A DNA stretch of 22,745 bases from a virus (Duplodnaviria; Heunggongvirae; Uroviricota; Caudoviricetes), in the IMG/VR virus record IMGVR_UViG_2778261182_000009, positions 1 through 22,745 of that record. One strand, given 5' to 3'. The notes under the pieces are model-generated. The model did no database searches. It saw nothing but the letters and a program-made list of their open reading frames with translations, and was not told where the DNA came from. The position numbers and the translations under genes were made by a program. The first letter of the stretch is position 1, and each line of letters begins with the position of its first letter. Below, piece after piece: positions 1 through 8,314 of the stretch.

Positions 1-12
1 GTTGGTGGTGAT

Positions 13-195
13 ATGAGCCGAAAACACTGGACACACAGAATGCCGCGAACGGCGGTGAAATGGGCACTGGTAGCGATACTGGTGCCTTTTTTATTGGTGG
101 GGTGCGTCAGCCTGGATAAGGCACGCCAGCTTTTCGATACGGCTTCTCAGGTCTGCGAAATTGTTGACGGTGTTCGGCAGTGTCTGCAGAACTGA
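13..195 (+). CDS. Small secreted lipoprotein, putative o-spanin (Rz1-like) at the end of the lysis cassette
   Basis: 60 aa ORF with a hydrophobic signal segment ending in an L-V-G-C lipobox (KWALVAILVPFLLVGC) and two further Cys in the short mature part. GGTGGTG precedes the ATG at 13. The other two frames hit stop codons at 9-11 and 14-16, as expected if an upstream i-spanin gene ends in overlap. The position just upstream of cos matches the lambda Rz/Rz1 location. The upstream partner lies outside the window, so the call is tentative. Confidence 0.45.
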   Translation: MSRKHWTHRMPRTAVKWALVAILVPFLLVGCVSLDKARQLFDTASQVCEIVDGVRQCLQN

Positions 196-369
196 TCGCC
201 CGTAAGAGCAGAATATTTTGCTGAAAAATGAAGGGTGCTCCAGCGTCCGGAAAGCATGAAATTCTGTGTTTGCGGTCATTCAATAAAATAAATTCTTTCT
301 TTCGCCGCGAATACTCAAATGTTGATCAGCGCCTGCTGCGGTGACGGGCTTCGATATCAGGAGACGATG

Positions 370-666
370 ATGGAAAAAACAGAAAACAAACCGATTGTAA
401 TTGGTGCTGATGCTGCTCCGTTTAAGTTTGAGTTGTCTCAACTGGTGGAGATGCGCATCAGTGATGAATGGGGTGAGGTTAAAGCCCGCGCGCAGTATGC
501 GGATGGCGAAAACCAGTACTTGATCCACTACAAAGCTGCTGATGGTCGTGCCACAACGGAGTGGTTTGGTGAGTCAATGCTGGAAGCAACAGAAGATGAT
601 CGTCATCCTGGTTGTCCGGTATTTGCAGGTATGAAATTACCGGAAGGCGCAGTCGTTACTGAGTAA
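370..666 (+). CDS. Hypothetical acidic protein (moron-like ORF between lysis cassette and cos)
   Basis: ORF 319..666 in the six-frame track; AGGAG at 359-363 favours the ATG at 367 or 370 (MMEKTENKP...). I recognise no homolog from sequence. It sits where lambda carries bor and other accessory genes. Confidence 0.45.
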   Translation: MEKTENKPIVIGADAAPFKFELSQLVEMRISDEWGEVKARAQYADGENQYLIHYKAADGRATTEWFGESMLEATEDDRHPGCPVFAGMKLPEGAVVTE

Positions 667-730
667 CAGACATTACAGCAGCCCTTCAGTGTGAGGGGCT
701 GCGATAATGCAGGTGTTAGAGTGCGTGTAA

Positions 731-960
731 ATGATAATCGCTCCCATTTTCACGGGTCCTTTCCGGAATCTGAAACACCGAGGGTACGCGTACGCGCAAA
801 AACGCGCTATTTATGAAAATTTTCAGGGAAAAAGCAGATCCGTTCTTCTTCTGGCTAACCTGTTGTTTAATAGAGTTTTCTTGAAAAAAAGAAAGGATCT
901 GGCAGCGGTGATTTTTCGCTGAAAAAAGCGTTTTGAGATCCTTTCTTCTTTTTGTGAGGA
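731..960. other. Lambda-type cos packaging site (cosQ-like, cosN candidate, cosB-like)
   Basis: By-eye alignment to the lambda cos region: ATGATAATC...CACGGGTCCTTTCCGG (about 731-766) matches the lambda right end and cosQ; CGCTATTTATGAAAATTTTC (805-824) and CCGTTCTTCTTC (840-851) match lambda cosB. An inverted repeat AAAGAAAGGATCT / AGATCCTTTCTT lies at about 866-945. The site is immediately upstream of the Nu1 homolog, as in lambda. Confidence 0.65.
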
Positions 961-969
961 ATATGTGCC

Positions 970-1518
970 GTGAAGGTTAACAAAAAGAAACTGGCGGAGA
1001 TTTTTGAGTGCGATGTCAGAACAATCACTGGCTGGCAAAGTCAGGGGCTGAGAGTTTTGTCGGGGGGAGGCAAAGGTATCGAGGCCATGTTCAATACTGC
1101 AGAAGCCATTGAGTGGTATGCGCAGCGGGAAAAAGATATCGAAAACGAAAAGCTCCGCAAGGAACTGGAAGATTTGCGTGCGGCTGCAGAATCAGATTTA
1201 CAACCCGGCACCATTGACTATGAACGCTACCGGCTCACAAAAGCACAGGCTGACGCACAGGAGCTGAAAAATGCCCGCGAAGAAGGGCTGGTGCTGGAAA
1301 CGGAATTGTTTACCTTCATTCTGCAACGTGTGGCTCAGGAGATTTCGGGAATACTTGTACGTGTGCCGCTGACATTACAGCGTAAATATCCGGATATTTC
1401 ACCGTCACACCTTGATGTGGTGAAAACTGAAATCGCAAAAGCCTCCAATGTTGCAGCTAAAGCCGGTGAAAACGTGGGCAGGTGGATTGATGATTTCAGA
1501 CGCACAGAAGGCAGCTAA
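970..1518 (+). CDS. nu1: Terminase small subunit (lambda Nu1 family)
   Basis: GTG start at 970 with GAGGA upstream. The translation ([36 protein letters not shown]...[14 protein letters not shown]...[28 protein letters not shown]) aligns along its length with lambda gpNu1 (MEVNKKQLADIFGASIRTIQNWQEQGMPVLRGGGKG...). Confidence 0.9.
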   Translation: MKVNKKKLAEIFECDVRTITGWQSQGLRVLSGGGKGIEAMFNTAEAIEWYAQREKDIENEKLRKELEDLRAAAESDLQPGTIDYERYRLTKAQADAQELKNAREEGLVLETELFTFILQRVAQEISGILVRVPLTLQRKYPDISPSHLDVVKTEIAKASNVAAKAGENVGRWIDDFRRTEGS

Positions 1519-3406
1519 TGCAGCCGGTGCGATAGCCACAGGGCTTTTATCTCTCAATATTCCGGTACCACTGACGACAGTTCAGTGGGCTGATCGACAT
1601 TATTATCTGCCGAAAGAGTCTTCATATACCCCCGGGCAATGGGAAACACTGCCGTTTCAGGTCGCCATTATGAACAGCATGGGAAATGACCGGATCCGCA
1701 CTGTTAATCTGATTAAATCGGCGCGCGTTGGTTACACCAAAATGCTGTTGGGGGTGGAGGCTTATTTTATTGAGCATAAATCCCGTAACAGTCTGCTTTT
1801 TCAGCCAACAGATTCTGCTGCAGAAGATTTCATGAAATCTCATGTTGAGCCAACGATAAGGGATGTCCCTGCATTGCTGGAGCTGGCTCCATGGTTCGGA
1901 AGAAAGCACCGCGATAATACACTCACCCTGAAGCGTTTTTCCTCCGGTGTGGGTTTCTGGTGCCTGGGCGGTGCCGCTGCTAAAAACTACCGTGAAAAAT
2001 CTGTGGATGTGGTCTGCTATGACGAACTCTCCTCGTTTGAACCGGATGTGGAAAAAGAAGGCTCGCCGACGTTGCTTGGCGATAAACGTATCGAAGGCTC
2101 GGTATGGCCTAAATCCATACGCGGCTCAACGCCAAAAATCAAAGGTTCCTGTCAGATTGAGAAAGCCGCGAATGAATCTGCGCATTTCATGCGGTTTTAT
2201 GTCCCTTGCCCTCATTGCGGGGAGGCCCAGTATCTGAAGTTTGGCGATGATGCGACGCCGTTTGGCCTGAAATGGGAGAAGGGTAAACCGGAAACGGTGT
2301 ATTACCTGTGTGAACATAATGGCTGTGTGATCCGGCAGTCGGAACTTGACCAGAGCGACGGACGCTGGATTTGTGACAATACCGGGATGTGGACGCGTGA
2401 CGGCCTGACATTTTACAGCGCCGGTGATGAGGAGATGTCGCCACCGCGCTCAATCTCGTACCACATCTGGACGGCGTACAGTCCATTCACCACCTGGGTG
2501 CAGATTGTCTACGACTGGCTGGATGCGCTGAAGGACCCGAACGGCGTCAAGACGTTTATTAACACCACGCTCGGGGAGCCCTATGAAGAGGCTGTGGCAG
2601 AAAAGCTGAGTTTCGAGTTATTGCTGGAAAAGGTCTGTCACTATGGCGCGCAGGTTCCCCTGCGGGTGGTTTACCTGACCGCAGGGATCGACTCCCAGAA
2701 AGATCGCTATGAAATTTATGTATGGGGCTGGGCTCCCGGCGAAGAAGCCTTTCTGATTGACAAGCAAATTATCATGGGGCGACCGGAAGACGAGGACACC
2801 CTTAAACGTGTTGATGCGGTGATCCGGAAAAAATACCGCCATGCTGACGGTACTGAAATTTCCATTTCCCGCGTCTGCTGGGATACCGGTGGTATCGACC
2901 AGGACATTGTGTATCAGCGTTCCAGAAAACACGGAACTTTTTTTGTGCTTCCCATTAAAGGAGCATCGGTGTACGGCAAGCCGGTGATCACCATGCCCAA
3001 AAAGCGCAACCAGCGTGGGGTGTTTTTGTGTGAGGTGGGCTCTGATACCGTCAAGGAAATGCTGTACGCCCGTTTTGCCCTGCCGGTGGTCTCTGCCAGT
3101 GAAGCCGCCCCGTATACCTTCCGTTTTCCGGATAACCCGGACATTTTTTCGGAAGAAGAGGCGCGTCAGATCGTGGCGGAAGAACTGGTGGAGAAGGTGG
3201 TTAATGGCAGGGTGAAACTGCTGTGGGATAAAAAAGGGCGACGCAACGAAGCCCTCGACTGCCTGGTATATGCCTATGCTGCCCTGCGTATTTCAGTTCA
3301 GCGATGGCAGCTGGACCTTGAGGCACTGGCCCGGGCACGAAGAGATGAGCAGGACGAGGATGATATGAGCCTGGAAGAAATCGCGGCTGCACTGAGTGGA
3401 GGATAA
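1490..3406 (+). CDS. A: Terminase large subunit (lambda gpA family)
   Basis: ORF 1448..3406; homology to lambda gpA begins at the in-frame ATG at 1490 (MISDAQ..., AGGTGGA upstream). Long conserved blocks include [103 protein letters not shown]. Confidence 0.92.
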   Translation: MISDAQKAANAAGAIATGLLSLNIPVPLTTVQWADRHYYLPKESSYTPGQWETLPFQVAIMNSMGNDRIRTVNLIKSARVGYTKMLLGVEAYFIEHKSRNSLLFQPTDSAAEDFMKSHVEPTIRDVPALLELAPWFGRKHRDNTLTLKRFSSGVGFWCLGGAAAKNYREKSVDVVCYDELSSFEPDVEKEGSPTLLGDKRIEGSVWPKSIRGSTPKIKGSCQIEKAANESAHFMRFYVPCPHCGEAQYLKFGDDATPFGLKWEKGKPETVYYLCEHNGCVIRQSELDQSDGRWICDNTGMWTRDGLTFYSAGDEEMSPPRSISYHIWTAYSPFTTWVQIVYDWLDALKDPNGVKTFINTTLGEPYEEAVAEKLSFELLLEKVCHYGAQVPLRVVYLTAGIDSQKDRYEIYVWGWAPGEEAFLIDKQIIMGRPEDEDTLKRVDAVIRKKYRHADGTEISISRVCWDTGGIDQDIVYQRSRKHGTFFVLPIKGASVYGKPVITMPKKRNQRGVFLCEVGSDTVKEMLYARFALPVVSASEAAPYTFRFPDNPDIFSEEEARQIVAEELVEKVVNGRVKLLWDKKGRRNEALDCLVYAYAALRISVQRWQLDLEALARARRDEQDEDDMSLEEIAAALSGG

Positions 3407-3409
3407 GTG

Positions 3410-3619
3410 ATGATTTATACACATGAGATGCTTTGCGAAGCGCGTCGGGCGCTGCATGAACTGATGATCGGGCGTGCTGTGGCTTCAGTCAGTAAGAACG
3501 GACGGCAGGTACAGTATTCGCGGGCGACGATTAATGAATTACGGCGATATATTGAGGAAATTGAAAGTGCGCTTGGAATGTCAGGTCGTCGCCGTGGCCC
3601 TGCAGGAGTACGACTGTGA
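3410..3619 (+). CDS. W: Head-tail joining / head completion protein (lambda gpW family)
   Basis: About 69 aa; the translation ...EARRALHELMIGRAVASVSKNGRQVQYSRATINELRRYIEEIE...RRRGPAG matches lambda gpW (...[27 protein letters not shown]...RRRGPAG). GGAGGA lies 6 nt upstream of the ATG at 3410; a GTG at 3407 is an alternative start. Confidence 0.8.
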   Translation: MIYTHEMLCEARRALHELMIGRAVASVSKNGRQVQYSRATINELRRYIEEIESALGMSGRRRGPAGVRL

Positions 3620-5187
3620 GCGGGGAACTGGTGGATCTTCATGGGCAACCTCTGCGGCATAGCATGGGATATTCCGGGGGTGGTACCGGATTTGGCGGGC
3701 AGCTTGCGGAATGGCTGCCTGCACCGGAAAGTGCTGATGTGGCACTCTTACCTTCCATTCAGCTGGGTAACGCCCGTGCGGACGATTTGGTCCGTAACAA
3801 CGGTATTGCCGCAAATGCTGTGGAAATTCATAAAGACCATATTGTCGGGCACATGTTTCGCCTGAGTTACCGACCCAACTGGCGCTGGCTGGGGATGTCG
3901 GAAGCTGATTCGCATGCCTTTATTGAAGATGTTGAGGCGGCGTGGATGGAATATTGCGATCCGGTGTTTGGTTCGATGGATGTGGAAGGGCGTCGCTCGT
4001 TTACCGAATTTATTCGTGAAGGGGTGGGGGTCCATACTTTTAACGGTGAAATTTTTGTCCAGCCCGTATGGGATACGGAATCCACGTCATTATTCCGGAC
4101 AAAATTCAAGACCATCAGTCCGAAGCGCGTCAGCACGCCCGGTTATGGCATCGGCGATCGTTTTATGCGTGCCGGAGTGGAAATCAACCGTTACGGAAAG
4201 GCGATTGCTTATCATGTTCAGGACGATGACTGGCCTGGCTACGGTGTCAGTAACTGGACACGGATTGCGGCGACGCTGCCCTCCGGGCGACCGGGAATGA
4301 TCCATGTGTTTCAGCCGCAGGAGGACGGACAGACGCGCGGGGCCAACCAGTTTTATTCCGTGATGGAGCGCCTCAAGATGCTCGACACACTGCAGGCAAC
4401 ACAACTGCAGTCGGCGGTGGTGCGGGCGATGTATGCCGCGACGATTGAATCCACACTGGATTCGGAAAAAGCATTTGAATATATCGCCGGGGTGGGAGAT
4501 GGCGGTAAAAACCCCCTGAACACCATCATGAAAGGGTATGCGCGCTATTACGCCACCAATACGGTAAAGATGGGTGGGGTTCGTATTCCGCATCTTTATC
4601 CGGGGGATTCACTGAATCTGCAGACAGCACAGAATGCGGATAATGGTTTCTCTGAACTGGAAAAGGCGCTGTTACGTTACATTGCTGCCGGACTGGGCGT
4701 GTCCTATGAGCAGCTTTCCCGTGATTATTCACAGGTCAGTTATTCCAGTGCCAGGGCATCCGCCAATGAGTCGTGGCGGTATTTTATGGGGAAACGAAAA
4801 TTTGTGGCCAGCCGTCTGGCGTCACAGATGTTTGCCTGCTGGCTGGAGGAAGCCCTTATTCGCGGTGTGATCCGCCCACCGAAATCCCGTTTCTCATTCT
4901 GGGAGGCTCGTTCCGGGTGGTGTCGTGCCGAGTGGATTGGTGCCGGCCGCATGGCGATTGATGGCCTTAAGGAGGTGCAGGAGGCGGTGATGCGTATTGA
5001 AGGTGGCCTGAGCACGTACGAGAAGGAGCTGGCCCTGATGGGTGATGACTATCAGGAGATTTTCCGTCAGCAACTGCGTGAAAGCCAGGAGCGACAGGCC
5101 GCCGGTCTTCCCCGCCCCATCTGGATAAAGGATACGTTTCAGCAGCAGATCCGACAGACAACGGGAGAAAAAGGCGATGCGTCGTAA
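3616..5187 (+). CDS. B: Portal protein (lambda gpB family)
   Basis: 523 aa, GTG start overlapping the W stop. Strong alignment to lambda gpB: GGGTGFGGQL, GNARADDLVRNNG, HVFQPQEDGQTRGANQFYSVMERLKMLDTLQATQLQSAVV, SLNLQTAQNADNGFS, LLRYIAAGLGVSYEQLSRDYSQVSYSSARASANESW, WIGAGRMAIDGLKEVQEAVMRIEGGLSTYEKE. Confidence 0.92.
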   Translation: MSGELVDLHGQPLRHSMGYSGGGTGFGGQLAEWLPAPESADVALLPSIQLGNARADDLVRNNGIAANAVEIHKDHIVGHMFRLSYRPNWRWLGMSEADSHAFIEDVEAAWMEYCDPVFGSMDVEGRRSFTEFIREGVGVHTFNGEIFVQPVWDTESTSLFRTKFKTISPKRVSTPGYGIGDRFMRAGVEINRYGKAIAYHVQDDDWPGYGVSNWTRIAATLPSGRPGMIHVFQPQEDGQTRGANQFYSVMERLKMLDTLQATQLQSAVVRAMYAATIESTLDSEKAFEYIAGVGDGGKNPLNTIMKGYARYYATNTVKMGGVRIPHLYPGDSLNLQTAQNADNGFSELEKALLRYIAAGLGVSYEQLSRDYSQVSYSSARASANESWRYFMGKRKFVASRLASQMFACWLEEALIRGVIRPPKSRFSFWEARSGWCRAEWIGAGRMAIDGLKEVQEAVMRIEGGLSTYEKELALMGDDYQEIFRQQLRESQERQAAGLPRPIWIKDTFQQQIRQTTGEKGDAS

Positions 5188-6793
5188 TTTATCGCATATT
5201 GCCGCCATGGCATTTAATGAACCGCTTTTACTGGAGCCCGCCTATGCGCGGGTTTTCTTTTGCGCGCTGGGTAAAGAGATGGGGGCCGGCAGCCTTGCCG
5301 TTCCTCAGCAGGCTGTTCAGCTTGATGCTGATGGTATGCAACTGGCTGTGACTGACTATATGGCGGGCGGTCAGCGTCCGGCAAAGAGTTACCAGGTGAA
5401 GAATGGCATCGCCATTCTGCCGGTGAGCGGCACGCTGGTGCATAAACTGGGTACCCTGCGCCCTTACTCCGGCATGACAGGCTATGACGGCCTGACTGCC
5501 CGTCTTCAGATGGCGGTGAATGATCCGGATGTGCGCGGCATTTTGCTGGATATCGACAGCCCGGGCGGTCAGGCTGCCGGGGCGTTTGACTGTGCTGACA
5601 TGATTTACCGCCTGCGGGAACAGAAGCCCGTGTGGGCGCTGTGTAATGATATGGCCTGTTCAGCCGCCATGTTGCTGGCGGCAGCCTGTACGCGTCGGCT
5701 GGTCACGCAGACGGCAAAAATTGGTTCGATTGGTGTGATGATGGCGCACACCAGTTACGAGAAACAACTGGCACAGGAAGGGGTGGACATCACGCTGATT
5801 TACTCCGGGCAGCACAAGGTTGACGGCAACAGTATTCAGGCATTGCCGGCAGGTGTGCGTGCAGATTTTCAGCGCCGTATTGATGAGGCCCGCCGGATGT
5901 TTGTCGACAAGGTGGCGCTTTATACGGGGCTGAGTTCAGAGGCGGTGATGAATACCGAGGCTGCCGTTTATGACGGTCAGGCAGGCATTGATGCAGGCCT
6001 GGCTGATCAACTGATTAATGCTGCAGATGCCGTTGAAGTGATGGTTTCTGTACTGAATGACTCTGTTACGAAGGAGAATGCAATGACTGTTAAAAATCTC
6101 ACCGTTGCTGAAGCGGTGGCCCAGGAAAATCAGCGCGTGATGGGGATCCTGAATTGTCAGGAGGCGAAAGGGCGCGAGCAACTGGCGCAAATGCTGGCAG
6201 GTCAGCCTGGAATGACGGTTGAGCAGGCGAAAACGTTGCTTGCAGCTGCGCCGGTTGCCGGTACTGACAGCACGGGTGATCAGATTATGGCGCTGCCGGA
6301 AGCAAAGGGGCGTGAGCAACTGGCACAGATGCTGGCAGGTCAACCGGGGATGACGGTGGAGCAGGCGAAAGCGTTTCTGGCAGCAGCCCCTGCTGCCAGT
6401 GCTGCAGGCACAGGCGATCAGATTATGGCGTTGCCGGAAGCTAAAGGGCGTGAACAACTCGCGCAGGCGCTGGCTGAACAGCCGGGAATGACCGTTGACC
6501 AGGCAAAAACGTTACTGGCGGCGGCACCGGTTGCCGGTTCTGCAAGTGTCGGCGATCAGATTATGGCGCTGCCGGAGGCGAAAGGGCGCAAGCAACTTGC
6601 ACAGGCACTGGCAGAACAACCGGGAATGACGGTGACGCAGGCGAAAACGTTGCTGGCAGCTGCACCGGCGGCATCGCAACCGTCACAGGAAACACTTTTT
6701 GATCGCTTTATGGCACAGCATGCTGCCAGTGCGGTTTCCGGAGGCGGAACTGCCGGGCACGGAGAAGAAGATCTGCTGATGAGTATGCCGTAA
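5177..6793 (+). CDS. C: Head maturation protease / minor capsid protein C (lambda gpC, S49 peptidase family)
   Basis: The N-terminus MRRNLSHIAAMAFNEPLLLEPAYARVFFCAL matches lambda gpC (MTAELRNLPHIASMAFNEPLMLEPAYARVFFCAL). The protease core is conserved (PVSGTL, PYSGMTGY, PVWALCNDMACSAAMLLAAA, TGSIGVMMAH, LIYSGQHKVDGN, TEAAVYDGQ...IDAGLAD). The C-terminal part overlaps the Nu3 scaffold frame as in lambda. Confidence 0.88.
   Translation: MRRNLSHIAAMAFNEPLLLEPAYARVFFCALGKEMGAGSLAVPQQAVQLDADGMQLAVTDYMAGGQRPAKSYQVKNGIAILPVSGTLVHKLGTLRPYSGMTGYDGLTARLQMAVNDPDVRGILLDIDSPGGQAAGAFDCADMIYRLREQKPVWALCNDMACSAAMLLAAACTRRLVTQTAKIGSIGVMMAHTSYEKQLAQEGVDITLIYSGQHKVDGNSIQALPAGVRADFQRRIDEARRMFVDKVALYTGLSSEAVMNTEAAVYDGQAGIDAGLADQLINAADAVEVMVSVLNDSVTKENAMTVKNLTVAEAVAQENQRVMGILNCQEAKGREQLAQMLAGQPGMTVEQAKTLLAAAPVAGTDSTGDQIMALPEAKGREQLAQMLAGQPGMTVEQAKAFLAAAPAASAAGTGDQIMALPEAKGREQLAQALAEQPGMTVDQAKTLLAAAPVAGSASVGDQIMALPEAKGRKQLAQALAEQPGMTVTQAKTLLAAAPAASQPSQETLFDRFMAQHAASAVSGGGTAGHGEEDLLMSMP
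6083..6793 (+). CDS. nu3: Scaffolding protein (lambda Nu3-like), nested in-frame in the 3' part of gene C
   Basis: An in-frame ATG at 6083 is preceded by AAGGAG at 6071-6076. The downstream sequence (MTVKNLTVAEAVAQENQRVMGILNCQEAKGREQLAQMLAGQPGMTV...) resembles lambda Nu3 (…ITAAVAAENSRIMGILNCEEAHGREEQARVLAETPGMTV…). Separate expression is inferred from the lambda precedent. Confidence 0.55.
   Translation: MTVKNLTVAEAVAQENQRVMGILNCQEAKGREQLAQMLAGQPGMTVEQAKTLLAAAPVAGTDSTGDQIMALPEAKGREQLAQMLAGQPGMTVEQAKAFLAAAPAASAAGTGDQIMALPEAKGREQLAQALAEQPGMTVDQAKTLLAAAPVAGSASVGDQIMALPEAKGRKQLAQALAEQPGMTVTQAKTLLAAAPAASQPSQETLFDRFMAQHAASAVSGGGTAGHGEEDLLMSMP
6161..6670 (+). repeat. In-frame tandem repeat, about 4 copies of 138 bp (46 aa), inside the C/Nu3 scaffold coding region
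   Basis: Copies begin at about 6161, 6299, 6437 and 6575. Each encodes EAKGREQLAQ(M/A)LA(G/E)QPGMTV(E/D/T)QAK(T/A)(L/F)LAAAP...GDQIMALP; the last copy diverges after AAAPAAS. Seen directly in the nucleotide and protein sequence. Confidence 0.85.
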
Positions 6794-6830
6794 GCGTTAT
6801 CCGTGATTCAGATAAATCAGGAGACTGAAA

Positions 6831-7166
6831 ATGATTAAAACAACCACAGAAAAGCGCGCGGATGTGCATATTTTTGCCGGAAGCGATCCGGCGCATACCG
6901 CAACAGCCACCAGTGGTATCAGTGCTGCCACGCCTGCACTGACGCCACTGATGCTGGATGACGCCACCGGCAAACTGGTGGCATGGGATGGTCAGAAAGC
7001 CGGAACGGCAGTGGGCGTGCTGGCTCTGGCGCTTGCCGGAACAGAACCCATGCTGACGTACTACAAAAGCGGTACATTTGCCACTGAGTCGCTGGTCTGG
7101 CCTGATTCTGTGGATGCGGTGAAAAAAGCCAACGCATTTGTGGGAAGTGCCATCAGCTACGCCTGA
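6831..7166 (+). CDS. D: Head decoration protein (lambda gpD family)
   Basis: 111 aa; the translation (...[37 protein letters not shown]...[16 protein letters not shown]...) aligns with lambda gpD (...[37 protein letters not shown]...FYKSGTFRYEDVLWPE...). Good RBS CAGGAG upstream. Confidence 0.88.
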   Translation: [111 protein letters not shown]

Positions 7167-7187
7167 TGGTGAAGTGATTGACTGAAA

Positions 7188-7220
7188 AAACGGGTCGCGA
7201 TGCGGCCCGTTTGTGTTTCT
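7188..7220 (+). terminator. Putative intrinsic terminator / attenuator hairpin between D and E
   Basis: AAACGGGTCGC...GCGGCCCGTTT imperfect GC-rich stem followed by GTGTTTCT, directly after the D stop codon. Confidence 0.35.
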
Positions 7221-7235
7221 GAAGGAAAATAAATT

Positions 7236-8264
7236 ATGGGGTTATTTACCACGCGTCAGTTACTCGGGTACACCGAGCAGAAAGTGAAATTTCGTGCGCT
7301 GTTTCTGGAGCTGTTCTTTCGTCGCACGATCACTTTCCATACTCAGGAAGTCATGCTGGATAAAATTACCGGCAAAACACCGGTTGCGGCGTATGTGTCT
7401 CCGGTGGTGTCAGGCAAAGTGCTGCGCAGCCGTGGTGGTGAAACCCGCGTGTTACGTCCCGGTTATGTAAAACCAAAACACCGCTTTGATTATCAGCAGG
7501 CAGTGGAACGTCTTCCGGGGGAAGATCCGGCCCGTCTTAATGACCCGGCCTACCGCCGCCTGCGTATTCTGACTGACAACCTGAAGCAGGAAGAGCAGGC
7601 GATTGTGCAGGTGGAAGAAATGCAGGCGGTCAGTGCCGTTCTGCAGGGGAAGTACACCATGAGCGGGGAACAGTTTGAGACGGTGGAAGTGGATTTTGGG
7701 CGCTCTGCCGCCAATAACATTACGCAGGCTGGCGGACGCGAATGGTCACAGCAGAATGCTGACACCTTTGATCCAACGCACGATCTGGATGCGTACTGCG
7801 ATTTTGCCTCCGGGACCATCAATATCGCGATTATGGATGGCACGGTCTGGCGTATGCTGAATGGCTTTAAGCTTTTCCGTGAAAAACTGGATACCCGTCG
7901 TGGTTCAAAATCGGAACTGGAAACCGCGCTGAAAGATCTGGGCTCCGTGGTCTCTTTTAAGGGGTATTACGGTGATCTGGCCATTGTTGTGGCGAAGACA
8001 ACGTATGTTGACGAAAACGGGGATGAACAGCGTTATCTGCCGGAAGGTACACTGATTCTGGGGAATACTCAGGCGGAAGGCGTCCGTTGTTATGGTGCCA
8101 TTCAGGATAATCAGGCGCTGAGTGAAGGGATCACCTCTGCAATTCGTTATCCAAAACACTGGCTGGAGGTGGGTGATCCTGGTTGCGAATATACCATGAC
8201 ACAGTCTGCGCCGTTGATGGTGTTGCCGGATCCTGACGCGTTTGTGGTGGTTCAGGTGAAATAA
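7236..8264 (+). CDS. E: Major capsid protein (lambda gpE family)
   Basis: 342 aa; extensive alignment to lambda gpE: YVSPVVSGKVLRSRGG, PGYVKPKH, RLPGEDPARLNDPAYRRLRI, EEMQAVSAVLQGKYTMSGE, KLDTRRGSKSELETALKDLG, LGNTQA, YTMTQSAPLMVLPDPDAFVVVQ. Confidence 0.93.
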   Translation: MGLFTTRQLLGYTEQKVKFRALFLELFFRRTITFHTQEVMLDKITGKTPVAAYVSPVVSGKVLRSRGGETRVLRPGYVKPKHRFDYQQAVERLPGEDPARLNDPAYRRLRILTDNLKQEEQAIVQVEEMQAVSAVLQGKYTMSGEQFETVEVDFGRSAANNITQAGGREWSQQNADTFDPTHDLDAYCDFASGTINIAIMDGTVWRMLNGFKLFREKLDTRRGSKSELETALKDLGSVVSFKGYYGDLAIVVAKTTYVDENGDEQRYLPEGTLILGNTQAEGVRCYGAIQDNQALSEGITSAIRYPKHWLEVGDPGCEYTMTQSAPLMVLPDPDAFVVVQVK

Positions 8265-8266
8265 GA

Positions 8267-8295
8267 CGGGGCGGGATATACCCGCCTTTTTCTTT
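8267..8295 (+). terminator. Rho-independent terminator after the major capsid gene
   Basis: GGCGGG (8270-8275), loop ATATA, CCCGCC (8281-8286), then TTTTTCTTT, immediately after the E stop codon. Confidence 0.7.
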
Positions 8296-8314
8296 ATCGC
8301 ACGGGAGAGATGTG

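Noticed and set aside
683-712. GC-rich hairpin (GCAGCCC...GGGGCTGC) downstream of the 98-aa ORF as a terminator
   Set aside because: It has a 10-nt loop and no following T-tract, so it is not supportable as an intrinsic terminator; it may be part of the extended cos region.
1448-1489. N-terminal extension of the terminase large subunit ORF (start at 1448)
   Set aside because: Homology to lambda gpA begins at the internal ATG at 1490, which has an AGGTGGA RBS; the 1448 start would add 14 residues without homology, deep inside Nu1.
5936-6457. 173-aa reverse-strand ORF
   Set aside because: Lies entirely antisense to the gpC/Nu3 tandem-repeat region. Its length is a by-product of the stop-free repetitive sequence, and it has no RBS or coding-like composition independent of the sense gene.
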